A DNA stretch of 64,000 bases from Eledone cirrhosa (GCA_964016885.1 OZ024742.1:148242001-148306000); one strand, 5' to 3'. Positions 11,885 to 26,756 are shown, counted from the stretch's first letter. Notes: generated by a model not told the origin, from the sequence alone. Numbers and translations: made by a program.

Positions 11885-13345
11885 TGTTCTTCTGGTTTTA
11901 TAATTTCACAAAGTTTTACCAATAGAGAGAGAGTCGGTTTCTAACATAGACACAAGACTCTCTCATTGGAATTTACACAACATCAACTAGGTAGATATGT
12001 ATGTATGTCTGCATGCATGCATGTGTAGATATGGATGTTATTGTATGTGTGGATGTGGATGTTTTGAGTTGTATGTGTGCATGTGTATATGCTTTGTATC
12101 TGTACATGTGTATATGCAGTTATTAGATGCAAAATGTTTGGAATGTTTTACAAATTTTTACTGTTCCATTAATGGATTGTACTTGTAATTTCCTAACTAG
12201 TTGTGTTCTTTCTGTTCCTGTGAAGCCTAGCTTCTCAAGATTTGTATTGAGGCAGTTACTAACATATCCCAGTGCCCCAATAATCACAGGCATAAATCTG
12301 AAGGTGTAATCAGGGTGGAGTATCTGCAGATTTCTCATCAGTTCTGCATAAATATTCTCCTTTTCACTAATCTTTGATATTATATTGGCATCTGCTGGGC
12401 AGCTAATTTCCACTACTGTGCATATTTTCTTCTCCCTGTCCCATATCATAATATCTGGTCTGTTATGCCTGCATTTTATTGGGGTTTTTACTGGAACATT
12501 CCACCAGTACTCTTTCATATTATGTACATGGATGTCTTCCACATTGTTGTAGCTTTTAATGTGTTTATTATCGGGGCTATCTTTTTTACGAACTGCATTG
12601 TACAGTGTTTTGGCCACTACATCATGCCTCATAGGTAGATAGTACCGCGATGACATCTTTGGACAGCTGCTGATGACATGGGTGATATCCTCGATGTTAG
12701 TTCTGCAGAGTCTGCACTTGTTATCACATCTAGGTGTTTTGCCTGCATCCCTATTTCTTTTGTGAATCAGGTATTTCGTGCTAATCTCCTGTTCTTGGAT
12801 TGCAAAAGCGTATCCTTCAAAGTGGGAGCCAATATAGCGGTTGTTGGTCCAAGATAGACTACTTTCCTTATCTATATTACTCTCACTCTGGAGCTTCCTG
12901 GCAACATATCCATGCATGATTTTTTGCTGATAGGCATGCAGTTTTTCATCCATGGATTCACTGCGATACTGCTGAGCGACATCCCTGGGTGTGAGTTTTT
13001 GATTATCACACAGGGAATATCTCTCAAGGAGTTCCTTCCCAACTCTCATGATCTTATCTGTTTCATGCAGATAGACTTGCTCGAGAAGCGGGCTCCTACG
13101 CTTCGGGGTTCGTAGATGTCGGAGAGATATGATGCGACATTCGAATGTTGTCTGGATTGATGTTAGGCCTCTGCCTCCCTGCTTACGTTTCAAGTAAAGG
13201 CGGTCTATGTCACTGTTGATGTGGAAGTTTCCGGTGTTGTTCAGTATTTTTCGAGTTCCAACATCAACTGCTTGGATTTCGTCTATCGTCCAATTGAGTA
13301 TTCCAAACGTTGGTGTTAGGACAGGCACTATGTAGGACAGGCACT
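11885..13345 (-). mobile_element. 5'-truncated R4/Dong-like (RLE) non-LTR retrotransposon in (TACA)n
   Basis: ORF 12123-13328 contains 'RLYLKRKQGGRGL', CCHC knuckle 'CRLC..EDITHVISSC', 'RHD' and RLE motif 'NRPDIMIWD..VVEISCP'. Confidence 0.9.
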
Positions 13346-13574
13346 ATGTATGTATGTATGTATGTATGTATGTATGTATGTATGTATGTATGTATGTATG
13401 TATGTATGTATGTATGTATGTATGTATGTATGTATGTATGTATGTATGTACGTACGTACGTACGTACGTGCGTACGTATGCATGTATGTATGTATGTATG
13501 TAAGTATATATGTATGTATGTTTGTATGTATGTATGTTTGTATGTATGTATGTTTGTATGCATGTTTGTATGTT

Positions 13575-13885
13575 AAACACCTAACCACTACTATCAGAGG
13601 CCACAAACCAGTACCACCACTACCACCACCATTAGCACCTAACCACTACTAACCACTGCAATCAGAAGCCATAAACCCCTACCACTACCATTAACACCTA
13701 ACCACTACCACCACCGCCATGATTAACACCTGACCACTACCACCACCACCATTAACACCTACCCGCTGCTAACCACCACCATTAGCACCTAACCACTACT
13801 AACCACTACCACCACCATTAACACCTAACCACTACTAACCACTACCACCACTATCACCACCATTAACACCTAACCACTACCATCA
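13575..13885. repeat. Degenerate minisatellite (accaccattaacacctaaccactact-like)
   Basis: Direct reading. Confidence 0.8.
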
Positions 13886-14381
13886 GAAGTGTTCCATTGA
13901 TGGATTGTACTTGTAATTCTTAACTAGTCGTGTTCTTTCTTATGTATGTATGTATGTATGTATGTATGTATGTATGTATGTATGTATGTATGTATGTATG
14001 TATGTATGTATGTGTATATGTATGTGTGTATGCATGTGTATGTGTATGTGTGTGTATGTATGTATGTATGAGTTTGTATGTACGTATGGATATCAGTGCA
14101 TGTGTGGATCTGTATGGTTTGTGTTAAATATACACTCTACATATGTTGTTATATCTATATGACTGTATATGCAGTTATTACATGCTAAATGTTTGGAATA
14201 TTCTTCACATATTTGCAGCTCCGTGGACTGTACTTAATATTTCTTAATTTGGCGTGCACTTTCTGGTTCGGTGAACACCACCTTGTATGTATGCATGTAT
14301 GTATGTGCATATGTGTATGTATGTATGTATGTATGTATGTATGTATGTATGTATGTATGTATGTATGTATGTATGTATGTA

Positions 14382-14628
14382 TGTTCTTCTGGTTTTATAA
14401 TTTCACAAAGTTTTACCAATAGAGAGAGAATCGGTTTCTAACATAGACACAAGACTATCATTGGACTTTACACAACATCAACTAAGTAGATATGTATGTA
14501 TGCATGCACGTGTAGATATGGATGTTATTGTATGTGTGGATGTGGATGTTTTGAGTTGTATGTGTGCATGTGTATATGCTTTGTATCTGTGCATGTGTAT
14601 ATGCAGTTATTAGATGCAAAATGTTTGG
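14382..14628 (-). mobile_element. Second 3'-end copy of the R4/Dong-like element
   Basis: Near-identical to 11885-12140. A more diverged relative lies at 14160-14285 and a fragment at ~13890-13940. Confidence 0.85.
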
Positions 14629-15022
14629 AGTATGTATCTATGTGTGTATGTATGTACGCATGTATCTATACGTGTATTCATATGTTAATCTATGTGTGTA
14701 TGTATCTGCGTAAATGTATGTACTTCTGTATGTATATGTGTGTGCGTGTGCGTATGTGTGTGTGTGTGTGAATGTATGTATGTATACATGTATTTATGTA
14801 CGATTGTATGTATCTATGCGTCAATGTATGCATTTATGTATACGTGCATGTATGTCAATGCACATGCATATACACTTCGACTTACAATTCAATGATTTTT
14901 ATATATTGAAATATATTCAGTAAGGAAATAGGTGAACATAAAAATAGTTAAATGAATCCGGTAAAGTACTCTTGAAGACAGGAACAGAGGACAGAGATGA
15001 TGTTTTCAACCATGACTTTGCC

Positions 15023-15568
15023 GGGGTCGATAAAATAAAGTACCAGTAATGTACTGGGATAATTGCTGGCCTTGTGCCTAAAGTAGAAACAATTATTTTA
15101 GTTATCTGCCGAGGTTAACTTTGCCTTTCATCCTTACGGGGTCGATAAAATAAAGTACCAGTAATGTACTGGGATAATTGCTGGCCTTGTGCCTAAAGTA
15201 GAAACAATTATTTTAGTTATCGGCCGAGGTTAACTTTGCCTCTCATCCTTACGGGGTCGATAAAATAAAGTACCAGTAATGTACTGGATAATTGCTGGCC
15301 TTGTGCCTAAAGTAGAAACAATTATTTTAGTTATCGGCCGAGGTTAACTTTGCCTCTCATCCTTACGGGGTCGATAAAATAAAGTACCAGTAATGTACTG
15401 GATAATTGCTGGCCTTGTGCCTAAAGTAGAAACAATTATTTTAGTTATCGGCCGAGGTTAAATTTGCCTCTCATCCTTACGGGATCGATAAAATAAAGTA
15501 CCAGTAATGTACTGGGATAATTGCTGGCCTGGTGCCAGAAGTAGAAACAATTATTTTAGTTATCTGCA
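15023..15568 (+). repeat. Five tandem ~115-bp units of a tRNA-SINE body (three units in the inverted arm, 15941-16258)
   Basis: gccgaggttaactttgcctttcatccttacggggtcgataaaataaagtaccag matches the dispersed SINEs at 32408, 33470 and 34685. Confidence 0.9.
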
Positions 15569-15826
15569 TTGTGGCGACTATATTTTGAACCCTCTTGTTT
15601 ACACTTCTATCTTCACGCTTAAATATTATTTTTAAAAAGGCTGTAATTAACGGACAGGCACATTTTGCTGTGATGGTTAAACGTGCTTCTCTGGCATTTG
15701 AGCGATATGTGGTTCGATTTCCATCAGATATATCTGTTGACTTTGTCTATCTGCAAGGGCACTTTTCCAGATTTAATCAACCATTATTTATAGCTATGAA
15801 GTATTATTATAATTATCTGCATTTTG

Positions 15827-15862
<36 letters not shown>

Positions 15863-16835
15863 AGTAAAATGCAGATAATTATAATAATACTTCATAGCTA
15901 TAAATAATGGTTGATTAAATCTGGAAAAGTGCCCTTGCAGATAACTAAAATAATTGTTTCTACTTTAGGCACAAGGCCAGCAATTATCCCAGTGCATTAC
16001 TGGTACTTTATTTTATCGACCCCGTAAGGATGAAAGGCAAAGTTAACCTCGGCAGATAACTAAAATAATTGTTTCTACTTTAGGCACAATGCCAGCAATT
16101 ATCCCAGTACATTACTGGTACTTTATTTTATCGATCCCGTAAGGATGAAAGGCAAAGTTAACCTCGGCAGATAACTAAAATAATTGTTTCTACTTTAGGC
16201 ACAAGGCCAGCAATTATCCAGTGCATTACTGGTACTTTATTTTATCGACCCCGGCAAAGTCATGGTTGAAAACATCATCTCTGTCCTCTGTTCCTGTCTT
16301 CAAGAGTACTTTACCGGATTCATTTAACTATTTTTATGTTCACCTATTTCCTTACTGAATATATTTCAATATATAAAAATCATTGAATTGTAAGTCGAAG
16401 TGTATATGCATGTGCATTGACATACATGCACGTATACATAAATGCATACATTGACGCATAGATACATACAATCGTACATAAATACATGTATACATACATA
16501 CATTCACACACACACACACATACGCACACGCACACACATATACATACAGAAGTACATACATTTACGCAGATACATGCACACATAGATTAACATATGAATA
16601 CACGTATAGATACATGCGTACATACATACACACATAGATACATACATACATACATGCATACATACATACATATACATATGCACATACATACATACAAGGT
16701 GGTGTTCACCGAACCAGAAAGTGCACGCCAAATTAAGAAATATTAAGTACAGTCCACGGAGCTGCAGATATGTGAAGAATATTCCAAACATTTAGCATGC
16801 AATAACTGCATATACAGACATATAGATATAACAAC

Positions 16836-19519
16836 ATAATGGTCAAGAGAAATTGGATGGGAGAATTGTTCTGGTTAAGTGAATATGGTTAGTTCGCTGG
16901 GGTGTCAGAATTCAGATTTTCTATTGAAGTAAAGAAAGTAAAGATGTGTATGTTTATTTGTGTGCTTGTGTGTGTGTGTGTGTGTGTGTGTGTATTGGAA
17001 GATGATTCTATTAGTAGAAATGGGGGAGGGAGTTGTGTGTGTGTGTATATGGGTGTTATGTGTGTGTGGGAGTATGTTAAGATGGAGAGAATATATATAT
17101 TTTGCGTGTGTGTATATATGTGTGTAGGAAAGTGATTCTATTAGTAGAAATGGGGGAGGGAGTTGTGTGTGTGGGGTTGTTATGTGTGTGTATGGGTGTT
17201 ATGTGTGTGGGAGTATGGTTAGCATGTTAAGATGAAGAGAATATATATATATATTGTGTGTGTGTGCGTATGTGTAGGAAAATGATTCCTTTAGTAGGAA
17301 TATTTTTGAATGAACATATTTTCCTTACTTATTCGTACTTGTTCTGTTGTATTGTCAGCGCAAACGTATGTTAAGGTTTATTTAGTTCGTGTTATCTTCT
17401 AAAGTAGCAGGTGTTATGTGTATGTGTATGTGTCTGTTTGGATGGTTAGCATGTTATGGTTTTGACATAATGTATATTAAACCATATTTAATGTCAGTTT
17501 CTTAATCTTAAAAAAGACACAAATATTGAAACTGACATACACTATAAACCAACAGATTCCAAACAATACCCGCTATTCACCTCCAACCACCCAAAGCACA
17601 CGAAGACGAACATTCCTTTTAAGCTAGCAAGAAGAATTTGCACAATTGTCTCCAATTATGAAACGCGAAATAAAAAACTTCAAGAATTAAAGGAAATTCT
17701 ACTCGAAAGAGAAACCCACCATTACTAATAAATAATGGAATAGAAAGGGCTAAAGCAATAGGCATTGATGAATTACGAAAACAGAAACAAATTCAAGGTA
17801 CGTCCAATATTCTATCATATATCTCAACACACAACCCAAGAAATGCAGAAGCTTACAACACTATTCACAAGAACATCTCACTACTAAAACAAAACCCAAG
17901 AATGAAAAAAGCCCTTGAAACACACAAAATAATCGAAAGCAAAAAACAACCGAAATCACTGAAAACATTACTCACCAATGCCAAATTACCTACCACAAAC
18001 CCACAACCAACTGTCAAAAAATGTGATCGCTCTAATTGTGGAACCTGCAATCACCTCATTGAAGGCAACACGTATACATTTAAATCAGGACAAAATTTTG
18101 CTGTAAAAATTCACTTCACTTGCTCATCAAAAAATCTAATTTATGCCATTAAATGTAAAGGATGCAATGAAGATTATATAGGACAAACTAAACTCACACT
18201 CAGAAAGAGAATGACAATTAATCGCCAACAATTACGAGATCCAACCACGAGACAGATACTACTAAGCGCACATCTAGACATATGCGCAAGTAATAAGACA
18301 CCCAAATTCCAAGTCTTCCCATTTTACCTTTGCGCTAACAATACAACAGAACAAATACGAATAAATAAGGAAAATATGTTTATTCAAAAATATAGACCAG
18401 CATTAAATATGGTTTAATATACATTATGTCAACACCATAACATGCTAACCATCCAAACAGACACATACACACACACATAACACCTGCTACTTTAGAAAAT
18501 AACCCGAACTAAATAAATCTTAACATACGTTTGCGCTGACAATACACCAGAACAAATACGAATAAGTAAGGAAAGTATGTTCATTCAAAAATATTCCTAC
18601 TAAAGGAATCATTCCCCCCCCACACACAATATATATATATTCTCTTCATCTTAACATGCTAACCATACTCCCACACATATAACACCCATATACACACATA
18701 ACAACCCCCACCCCCCCACACACAACTCTCTCCCCCATTTCTACTAATAGAATCACTTTCCTACACACATATATACACACACACAAAATATATATGTTCT
18801 CTCCATCTTAACATACTCCCCCCACACACACATAACACCCATACACACACACACACAACTCCCTCCCCCATTTCTACTAATAGAATCATCTTCCAACACA
18901 CACACAAATAAACATACACATCTTTACTTTGCTTCAATAGAAAATCTGAATTCTGACACCCCAGCGAACTAACCATATTCACTGAACCAGAACAATTCTC
19001 CCATCCAATTTCTTTTGACCATTATCTTCTGCTTGTCATAAAATTCTCTAAAAAGGCTACAGAATAGATTTCCAAATAAGGGCGCGAAAATTTAATGAAA
19101 ACTTGTTCACGTGACAGCCATAATTTCATTTATAACCATTCAAATTACGTTTATTTAAAAAAAGCCTCCGTGAGCCCCTTTTTTTTAAGTAAAAAGAAAT
19201 TCAAACAATCATATATGAAAAAACAACCTGTGCCCCACCCCCCCTTGTTTGAAGAACTTTGTAACGCGAACTGGCGCGAAATTTATTATAATTATTGACC
19301 AACCAATCAAATTACTTCTCTAAAAACCTGGCATTTCGAGCCACTTTTTTTCATATAAAACAAGTAACATTCAGAGACCAACCAGATGTGAGAAAAACCA
19401 CAGACCCTCCATCTCAACTCTACTTTTGAAAAGCAGAAGAACTGCGAAACCGGTAAAGGAACCAAATAAATATATATTTTTTTTAAATAAGACTCCAGTT
19501 GCATTTTCGATTTCATATT

Positions 19520-19550
<31 letters not shown>
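16836..19550 (+). mobile_element. 5'-truncated Neptune-like PLE with ~650-bp inverted copy of its 3' region
   Basis: RT thumb 'YYKPTDSKQY..NHPKHTKTNIPFKLARRI' (~17540), C-x4-C-x2-C linker and GIY-YIG 'LIYAIKCKGC..YIGQT' (ORF 17902-18417). 16836-17493 is the inverse of 18401-19025. Confidence 0.88.
19421..19460 (+). ncRNA. Minimal type-I hammerhead, U3-A8 core variant
   Basis: tactt-TTGAAAA-gcag aagaa ctgc-GAAA-ccgg-TA-aagga, followed by AATAAA and (CT)n(TA)n. Confidence 0.65.
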
Positions 19551-19551
<1 letters not shown>

Positions 19552-20095
19552 GTTGCAGGAATCATAGACAGTGGTGATCCATGTCGGAAGTTCGATCCTG
19601 GTCGGGAGTAGGGTTCCCGGTAAAACTTTTCAGTTTTTTTTCTATGCGATATAAAATAAAAACGGAAAAAGATTACATGTACCTCTTGAGCAGGATTGCA
19701 CCCAAGGCTAGGATCGCCATCGTCTCTAGTAGTACCTGCGGCTAGTCCACAGAGACAGCTACGAAAATCTTATGAAAATACATACTTATAAACCTACTTT
19801 CAAAATTTCAAAAGAAAATCATGTGGTCTCGTTCATGTCTTTCTTAATGTTATTGTTCCTACTTAAGGTCGACTTCTAAATCATTTGGGTGTTCCATAAA
19901 CTACATCCTCGCTTTGTTTCTCATCTATCTAGAATATATTTTAACCCGTAATCCATGTTTCATTTATGCTGCACCTCATTTCCCACCTCGCTCTCTTTCT
20001 ATCTGTGATATTTGAATCTACTATGATTTGGGTTTACTTTATTCATATATATATATTTTTGCTTGTCAGATTCAAACCTACAATGATTGGCATTA

Positions 20096-20168
<73 letters not shown>

Positions 20169-20266
20169 ATATATATATGTGTGTGTGTGTATATATATAT
20201 GTGTGTGTGTGTGTGTATATATATATGTGTGTGTGTGTATATATATATATGTGTATAAATATATAT

Positions 20267-20350
<84 letters not shown>

Positions 20351-20487
20351 AGTGTAATTTTCTACACAAAACGAAGGTTATAGAGAAAATTGAGGTTGGT
20401 AATGGCACATGGAATATATAAGAGACAGAATACTTTTTTGTGAAAAAACATATAATTTTATAAGGTAAGGAAATAATAAAGGGTATA

Positions 20488-20536
20488 AAAAATGACCGGT
20501 TTCGATGGGTCTGCAAAAGCCATCTTTTCAAATGTT
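20488..20536 (-). ncRNA. Minimal type-I hammerhead, U3-A8 core variant (weak stem I)
   Basis: Minus: aacat-TTGAAAA-gatgg cttttgcagac ccatc-GAAA-ccgg-TC-atttt. Confidence 0.55.
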
Positions 20537-20675
20537 GATTAATATTAAGAAAAATTAATAATACGAAGAGTTAAAATTTGAGATTTGAAAATTCAAGTAT
20601 AAAATTCATTGTGGGATTTCATAGTAGTTTTCATCTTGGTAGCAACAAGTTGACTGCTGTGTGCCTTTCTGGTAG

Positions 20676-20821
<146 letters not shown>

Positions 20822-20829
20822 GTGTATAA

Positions 20830-20901
<72 letters not shown>

Positions 20902-20947
20902 ATATTTATATATATATGTGTATAAATATATATATATATATAAACAT

Positions 20948-21035
<88 letters not shown>

Positions 21036-21037
<2 letters not shown>

Positions 21038-24000
21038 CTTTGAATAACTTTGAAATGTTTTGGCCAGTATTGGCCCAGGCCATGTCTAACTTAATAGCAC
21101 CACCTGGCGAAGTCTTTCAATTCAGGATTTGGGCACCATGGCCCATTCGAGAAGAGAATTACTGTTTGCGGAGACATATCCGGGTGTGGGTGGTTTGTCC
21201 GGGATTACTTGGAGGAATTTGTCCAAAGACTTCTTGAATTTTGTGTGGTCAGTTTCTGTTTTGACGTGTCCTGGTGTGATGTTGAAGAGAGCAGGGCCGA
21301 TTGAGGTGAAATAATTGTGCCGTATTGTTGTTATGAGTTGCGATTTAGATTTTTGAATGGGACGGATAGCACGGGGCCCAAGCCTTGGGTGTATCTTGAA
21401 GGCGATGCCAACATCATTTGGGCAGTGATGATGGAACATTTTCCACATCATGCAGATAATATAACGCTCACGGCGACGTTGGAGTGAGTAAAGTTTCAGG
21501 TTTTCTAATCGACCCCAGTAGTCAAGGTCTGACATGCCATCTATCTTTTTCGTGATTGCCCTTTGAGGAGCTTCAAGTTTCATGATACTTTGTTTCGTGT
21601 GGGGAGACCACAGTGGACAACAGTATTCAAGGTGTGGTCGGGCGAAAGTAGAGAAGAGAAGGATAATGGTGCGGGAATCTCTCGACTGGAAGGTTCTGAG
21701 GATCCAGGAACACATTCTGCGGGCCATGTCAACTTTGCTGCTTATATGCGTGGTCCAGCTTATGTTGCTGTCCACGGTTACTCCCAAGTCTCTGATGTTG
21801 TTAGATGCCACGAGAGTTTCCCCGGAGGGAAGGGAGTACGGGAGTTTCAGAGCATCCTCTTTTCCAAAGTGGATCAGTTCGAATTTGTCTTCGTTCAGTA
21901 ACATGTTGTTCTTTTCTGCCCATTGGGTAACAGCCAGTAGGTCTGACTGAAGGCTTATCCGGTCATCCACGCCATTGATGACCTTTTGGAGCTTGGAATC
22001 ATCAGCGAAAATTTTAATGTTGCTGTGTTTGATGATGTCAGTGATGTCATTAATATAGATGATGAAGAGAAGTGGGCCCAACACAGTGCCTTGTGGGACC
22101 CCACTACTGACTTTGGCTGGGCTTGATTTGACTCCCTCAACTACAACATGTTGGGTTCTGTTTGACAGGAAGCTCTTGATCCACTGCAGCAGCTTTCCAG
22201 TGACACCAATATTGGACAGCTTTCTCAGTAGAATGTTATGATCAACCCTGTCAAAGGCCTTGCTGAAATCAAGGTAGATAACATCAGTGTTGGAACCCTC
22301 TCCCAAGGCTCTCAAAATGTCATCAAAGTGATGCAGTAGCTGCGTCAGGCAATCCCTTCCATTACGGAATCCATGCTGGTTGGAGTTCAGCATATTGTTA
22401 CTCTCAAGGAAGTGGGTCATTCGCGATCTCACCACTCGCTCAAATACCTTAATGATATGAGAGGTGAGTGAGATGGGCGGTAATTCACGGCAAGGGATTT
22501 GTTTCCCTTTTTGAAAACTGGGACAACAGACTGGGATAGAAGGTTTTCTGGCACATATCCAGCATCCAGTGAGTTCCGCCACAGATTGGCAAAAGGAGAT
22601 GCAAGTTGGTGTTGAAATGCCTTCAAGACACAAGCAGGGAACCTATCGGGACCTACTGCTGAATTATGCTTGATTTCCTTTATTGCCGCCAAGACATCAG
22701 GGGCGCCAAACGTTATGTCCGATAATGTGTAATGGGGAGTAACATCGCCGATACAGCCCAGATCGGCCATATCAGGATTGCTGAAAACAGAGCAGTATTG
22801 TTTCTGCAGTATCTCACCCATGGTTTTAGCATTGTCTTGAAGAGTGCCATTTTCATCAATTAGAGGGCCAACAGTAGAGCCAGTGATTTTGTGTTTTTTT
22901 GCAAATGAAAAGAACACTTTGGGATTGAGTTTGATCTTCTCAATGGCCCAGGCCTCTTCAGCTCTTCTCTGATTGTTGATGAGGGACATTATGTTGTTTT
23001 GGAGGTTATGTTTTTTAATCTCTAGTGATGAAATGGCAGTCAAGTTGATGTGTTGCTGCTGACAGTATTTCAGCTTGTTGATTTTTTTGTTCGTTCTCTT
23101 AATTTTTCTGATGAGCGTTTTTCTATTTCTAGGGATTCTGCTCTTAGATTTGTTTATAGTTCTTAATGGGGTGTGTTTAGCACATATGTTTGTAACAGTG
23201 TCCACAAATGTCTGCCAGGACTTTTTGATGTTAGTGGGTGTATGAGTGTGCGTGAAGGACCAGTCGACATGTGCAAGATCATGACTGATCGCTTCCCAGT
23301 TTGCATTGTGGAAATCCATAGCGTCAAACGGATGGACAGGAGAGATGACATTGGGTTTGTATATTGGACGGTGGAATCTCAGATCACAGAGAACCATGTC
23401 ATGATCAGAGAGTAGAGTTTTCTCCACTGCAATATTGTGGATATTGTCAGTGTGATTGCTGAAAATTAAGTCTAGGACGTTTTTGTGGCACCTCGTTGGT
23501 TCGAGCACCAGTTGGGATAGGAAGAAATCATCCATGAAGTCAAGAAGCGATTCCACAGCTTCCCTGTCAGAGGTTGAGGCAGAAGAACCTGGTGGCAGGC
23601 TGTTTGTGGACCAGTCAACTCCGGGGAGGTTGAAGTCCCCCATCATTAAGATGTTGTCAGGGTGACACTCTTGGATGAAACACTTTATGCTGTTGAGGCA
23701 TTCCTTGAAGCATGGTACAGGCGTTTGGGGTGGCCTATAGAGCCCAACTACTAATAGGTTGTTGGTTTGACTGAATACAGTGACTGCTTCACAGTATCCA
23801 TTAGTGAATATGTTCATAGCCTCTGTTGAGAAAGAATTATGGACATAAATGGCAGTTCCGCCCTTTCTTCTGCCAGCGCGATCAGCACGGATGGCTTTGA
23901 AATTTTTCACTTTCACCTCGGCTTCCAAGTAGAGGTTACTGAGATGGGTTTCAGTGAGGACGAAGAAAGGGATGTGGTTTGGATGGACATCAATCCAGTC

Positions 24001-24120
24001 CTCCAGGAATTTGATCTTCCATTTTTGAGTATTGGTGGAAGGGCTGATGCCTTGGGCGTTAAGCAAAAATGTAGAGGCGAGAGTGGATGGTTTTAATTGT
24101 TTTGGTGTGTTGTTAATTTG
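21036..24120 (-). mobile_element. CR1-group LINE, near-complete APE-RT ORF2 with one frameshift (~22490), no ORF1
   Basis: EN motifs 'LNAQG, LTETHL, GLYRPP, MGDFN, LDLIF, SDHDMV'; RT motifs 'YLDFSKAFDRV, SGVPQGTVLGPLLF, FADD'; (TTCAAAGTTA)2 tail; (TA)n on both sides. Confidence 0.93.
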
Positions 24121-24155
24121 TTTGTTTATATATATATATAATTTATATATATATA

Positions 24156-24218
<63 letters not shown>

Positions 24219-24450
24219 TGGCGGACTGGGTCTAAAAATATTGGTTGCCGGGAGATGAAGGGGCCCCACCTACATATAAAATGCTATCATTTACTTATTA
24301 TAATGAATAAATAGCATTTTCAAAAATACATAAGTGGAAACAAAACTGCAATAAAATTTTCGCAGAAAGATATCTTACCTTCTCCAATAAGAAATATTAT
24401 GTATTTTGCGAAATCCAGAGACTTTCTATAATGCCCTTTGGCCTTTTACA

Positions 24451-24540
<90 letters not shown>

Positions 24541-24705
24541 CAATATATTTAGAAACACACAGATACATGCGGGGACACACATATACATGAATGCATCCGC
24601 ACCCAACCGTGAGTTAAGGGTGCAAACTTCACCGATGTTGCTCAATGAATGACTGGGACAGACCAATCACGTCGTGTAGACGCGTTCTTGAGACCAGTAA
24701 AATGA

Positions 24706-24803
24706 GGTATCCTCTTGATAAGTCGGCAGACCTCGCAAGGACTCTATATCTTTATGATGTATTGTTTTTGTTTATGCCACGAAACTACGTAGTCGAGGAA
24801 TCT
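24706..24803 (+). ncRNA. Type-I hammerhead, U3-A8 variant, copy 1
   Basis: tcctc-TTGATAA-gtcggca...tgccac-GAAA-ctacgtag-TC(24794)-gagga. Confidence 0.8.
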
Positions 24804-25298
24804 AGGAGCAGTTTAGGTATGATACATTTTATTACTAATTATATCTAAATGTTCCTTCTCTCTTCATAATGTATTTTTAACTCTGATACTGGTTCAGTCT
24901 AGTTCAACCTGATTGGTCTGTCCCAGTCATTCATTGAGCAACATCGGTGAAGTTGACACCCTTAACTCACGGTTGGGTGCGGATGCATTCATGTATATGT
25001 GTGTGTCCGCATGTATCTGTGTGTTTCTAAATATATTGTTAATAACTCCCTCTGGTCGAGCAATCTTTGAAGTGTGGGGACTGCTGGAAAGCTTCCATTA
25101 CTCATACTTCTCGCCTCCTTCACCACCTCTTCTACGGCTTCGATATAAATACCCCCTCCGCCTCCGTGGTATTTTCTTCGGGGTTATAAGAGGCTTAGCT
25201 CTGTTTCTCGACCGTTATATCGCGTGACTATCTCCTCCTCCGCCTTTTGGGATTCTTTCTCACGTCGTGTAGACGCGTTCTTGAGACCAGTAAAATGA

Positions 25299-25396
25299 GG
25301 TATCCTCTTGATAAGTCGGCAGACCTCGCAAGGACTCTATAACTTTATGATGTATTGTTTTTGTTTATGCCACGAAACTACGTAGTCGAGGAATCT
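25299..25396 (+). ncRNA. Type-I hammerhead, U3-A8 variant, copy 2
   Basis: Same core and stems as copy 1; predicted cleavage after 25387. Confidence 0.8.
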
Positions 25397-25463
25397 AGGA
25401 GCAGTTTAGGTATGATACATTTTATTACTAATTATATCTAAATGTTTCTTCTCTCTTCATAAT

Positions 25464-26552
<1,089 letters not shown>

Positions 26553-26710
26553 TATTGGTGCTCTGATATAGCGATGTATGCATGAATGTATGTATAGTAT
26601 ACTTGGCAATATACCGTATGTTTAATTTAAACACATTTAGAAGACCATTCGCTACTAGTTTTGAAGTGGTGACTATGTCACTTACTTATATTTTCGGCAA
26701 AAGCTGGAAG

Positions 26711-26756
26711 AATGGCTGATAGTTGTTTCTCGCTGCTTGGCGTTTATCAAAGCCAC
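26711..26756 (-). ncRNA. Hammerhead, U3-A8 variant, in the inverted arm (stem III mutated)
   Basis: Minus: gtggct-TTGATAA-acgc caagca gcga-GAAA-caacta-TC-agccat. Confidence 0.6.

Larger units (their letters stand above)
14142..16838. repeat. ~2.7-kb imperfect palindrome centred on (TA)n at ~15847
   Basis: 14142-14300 matches 16690-16838, 14630-15568 matches 15935-16650, and 15750-15832 matches 15858-15942, all as reverse complements. Confidence 0.92.
24539..25463 (+). mobile_element. Retrozyme-like non-coding element: two ~200-bp HHR-containing direct repeats plus an inverted 5' arm
   Basis: 24668-24870 matches 25261-25463. 24539-24669 is the inverse of 24910-25041. (TA)n on both sides. Confidence 0.8.

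Noticed and set aside
15023-15568. CRISPR-like array
   Set aside because: No unique spacers, units match a SINE body, and the context is eukaryotic.
19552-19760. B-box-like gttcgatcc as a SINE or tRNA
   Set aside because: No clear A box or recognisable body.
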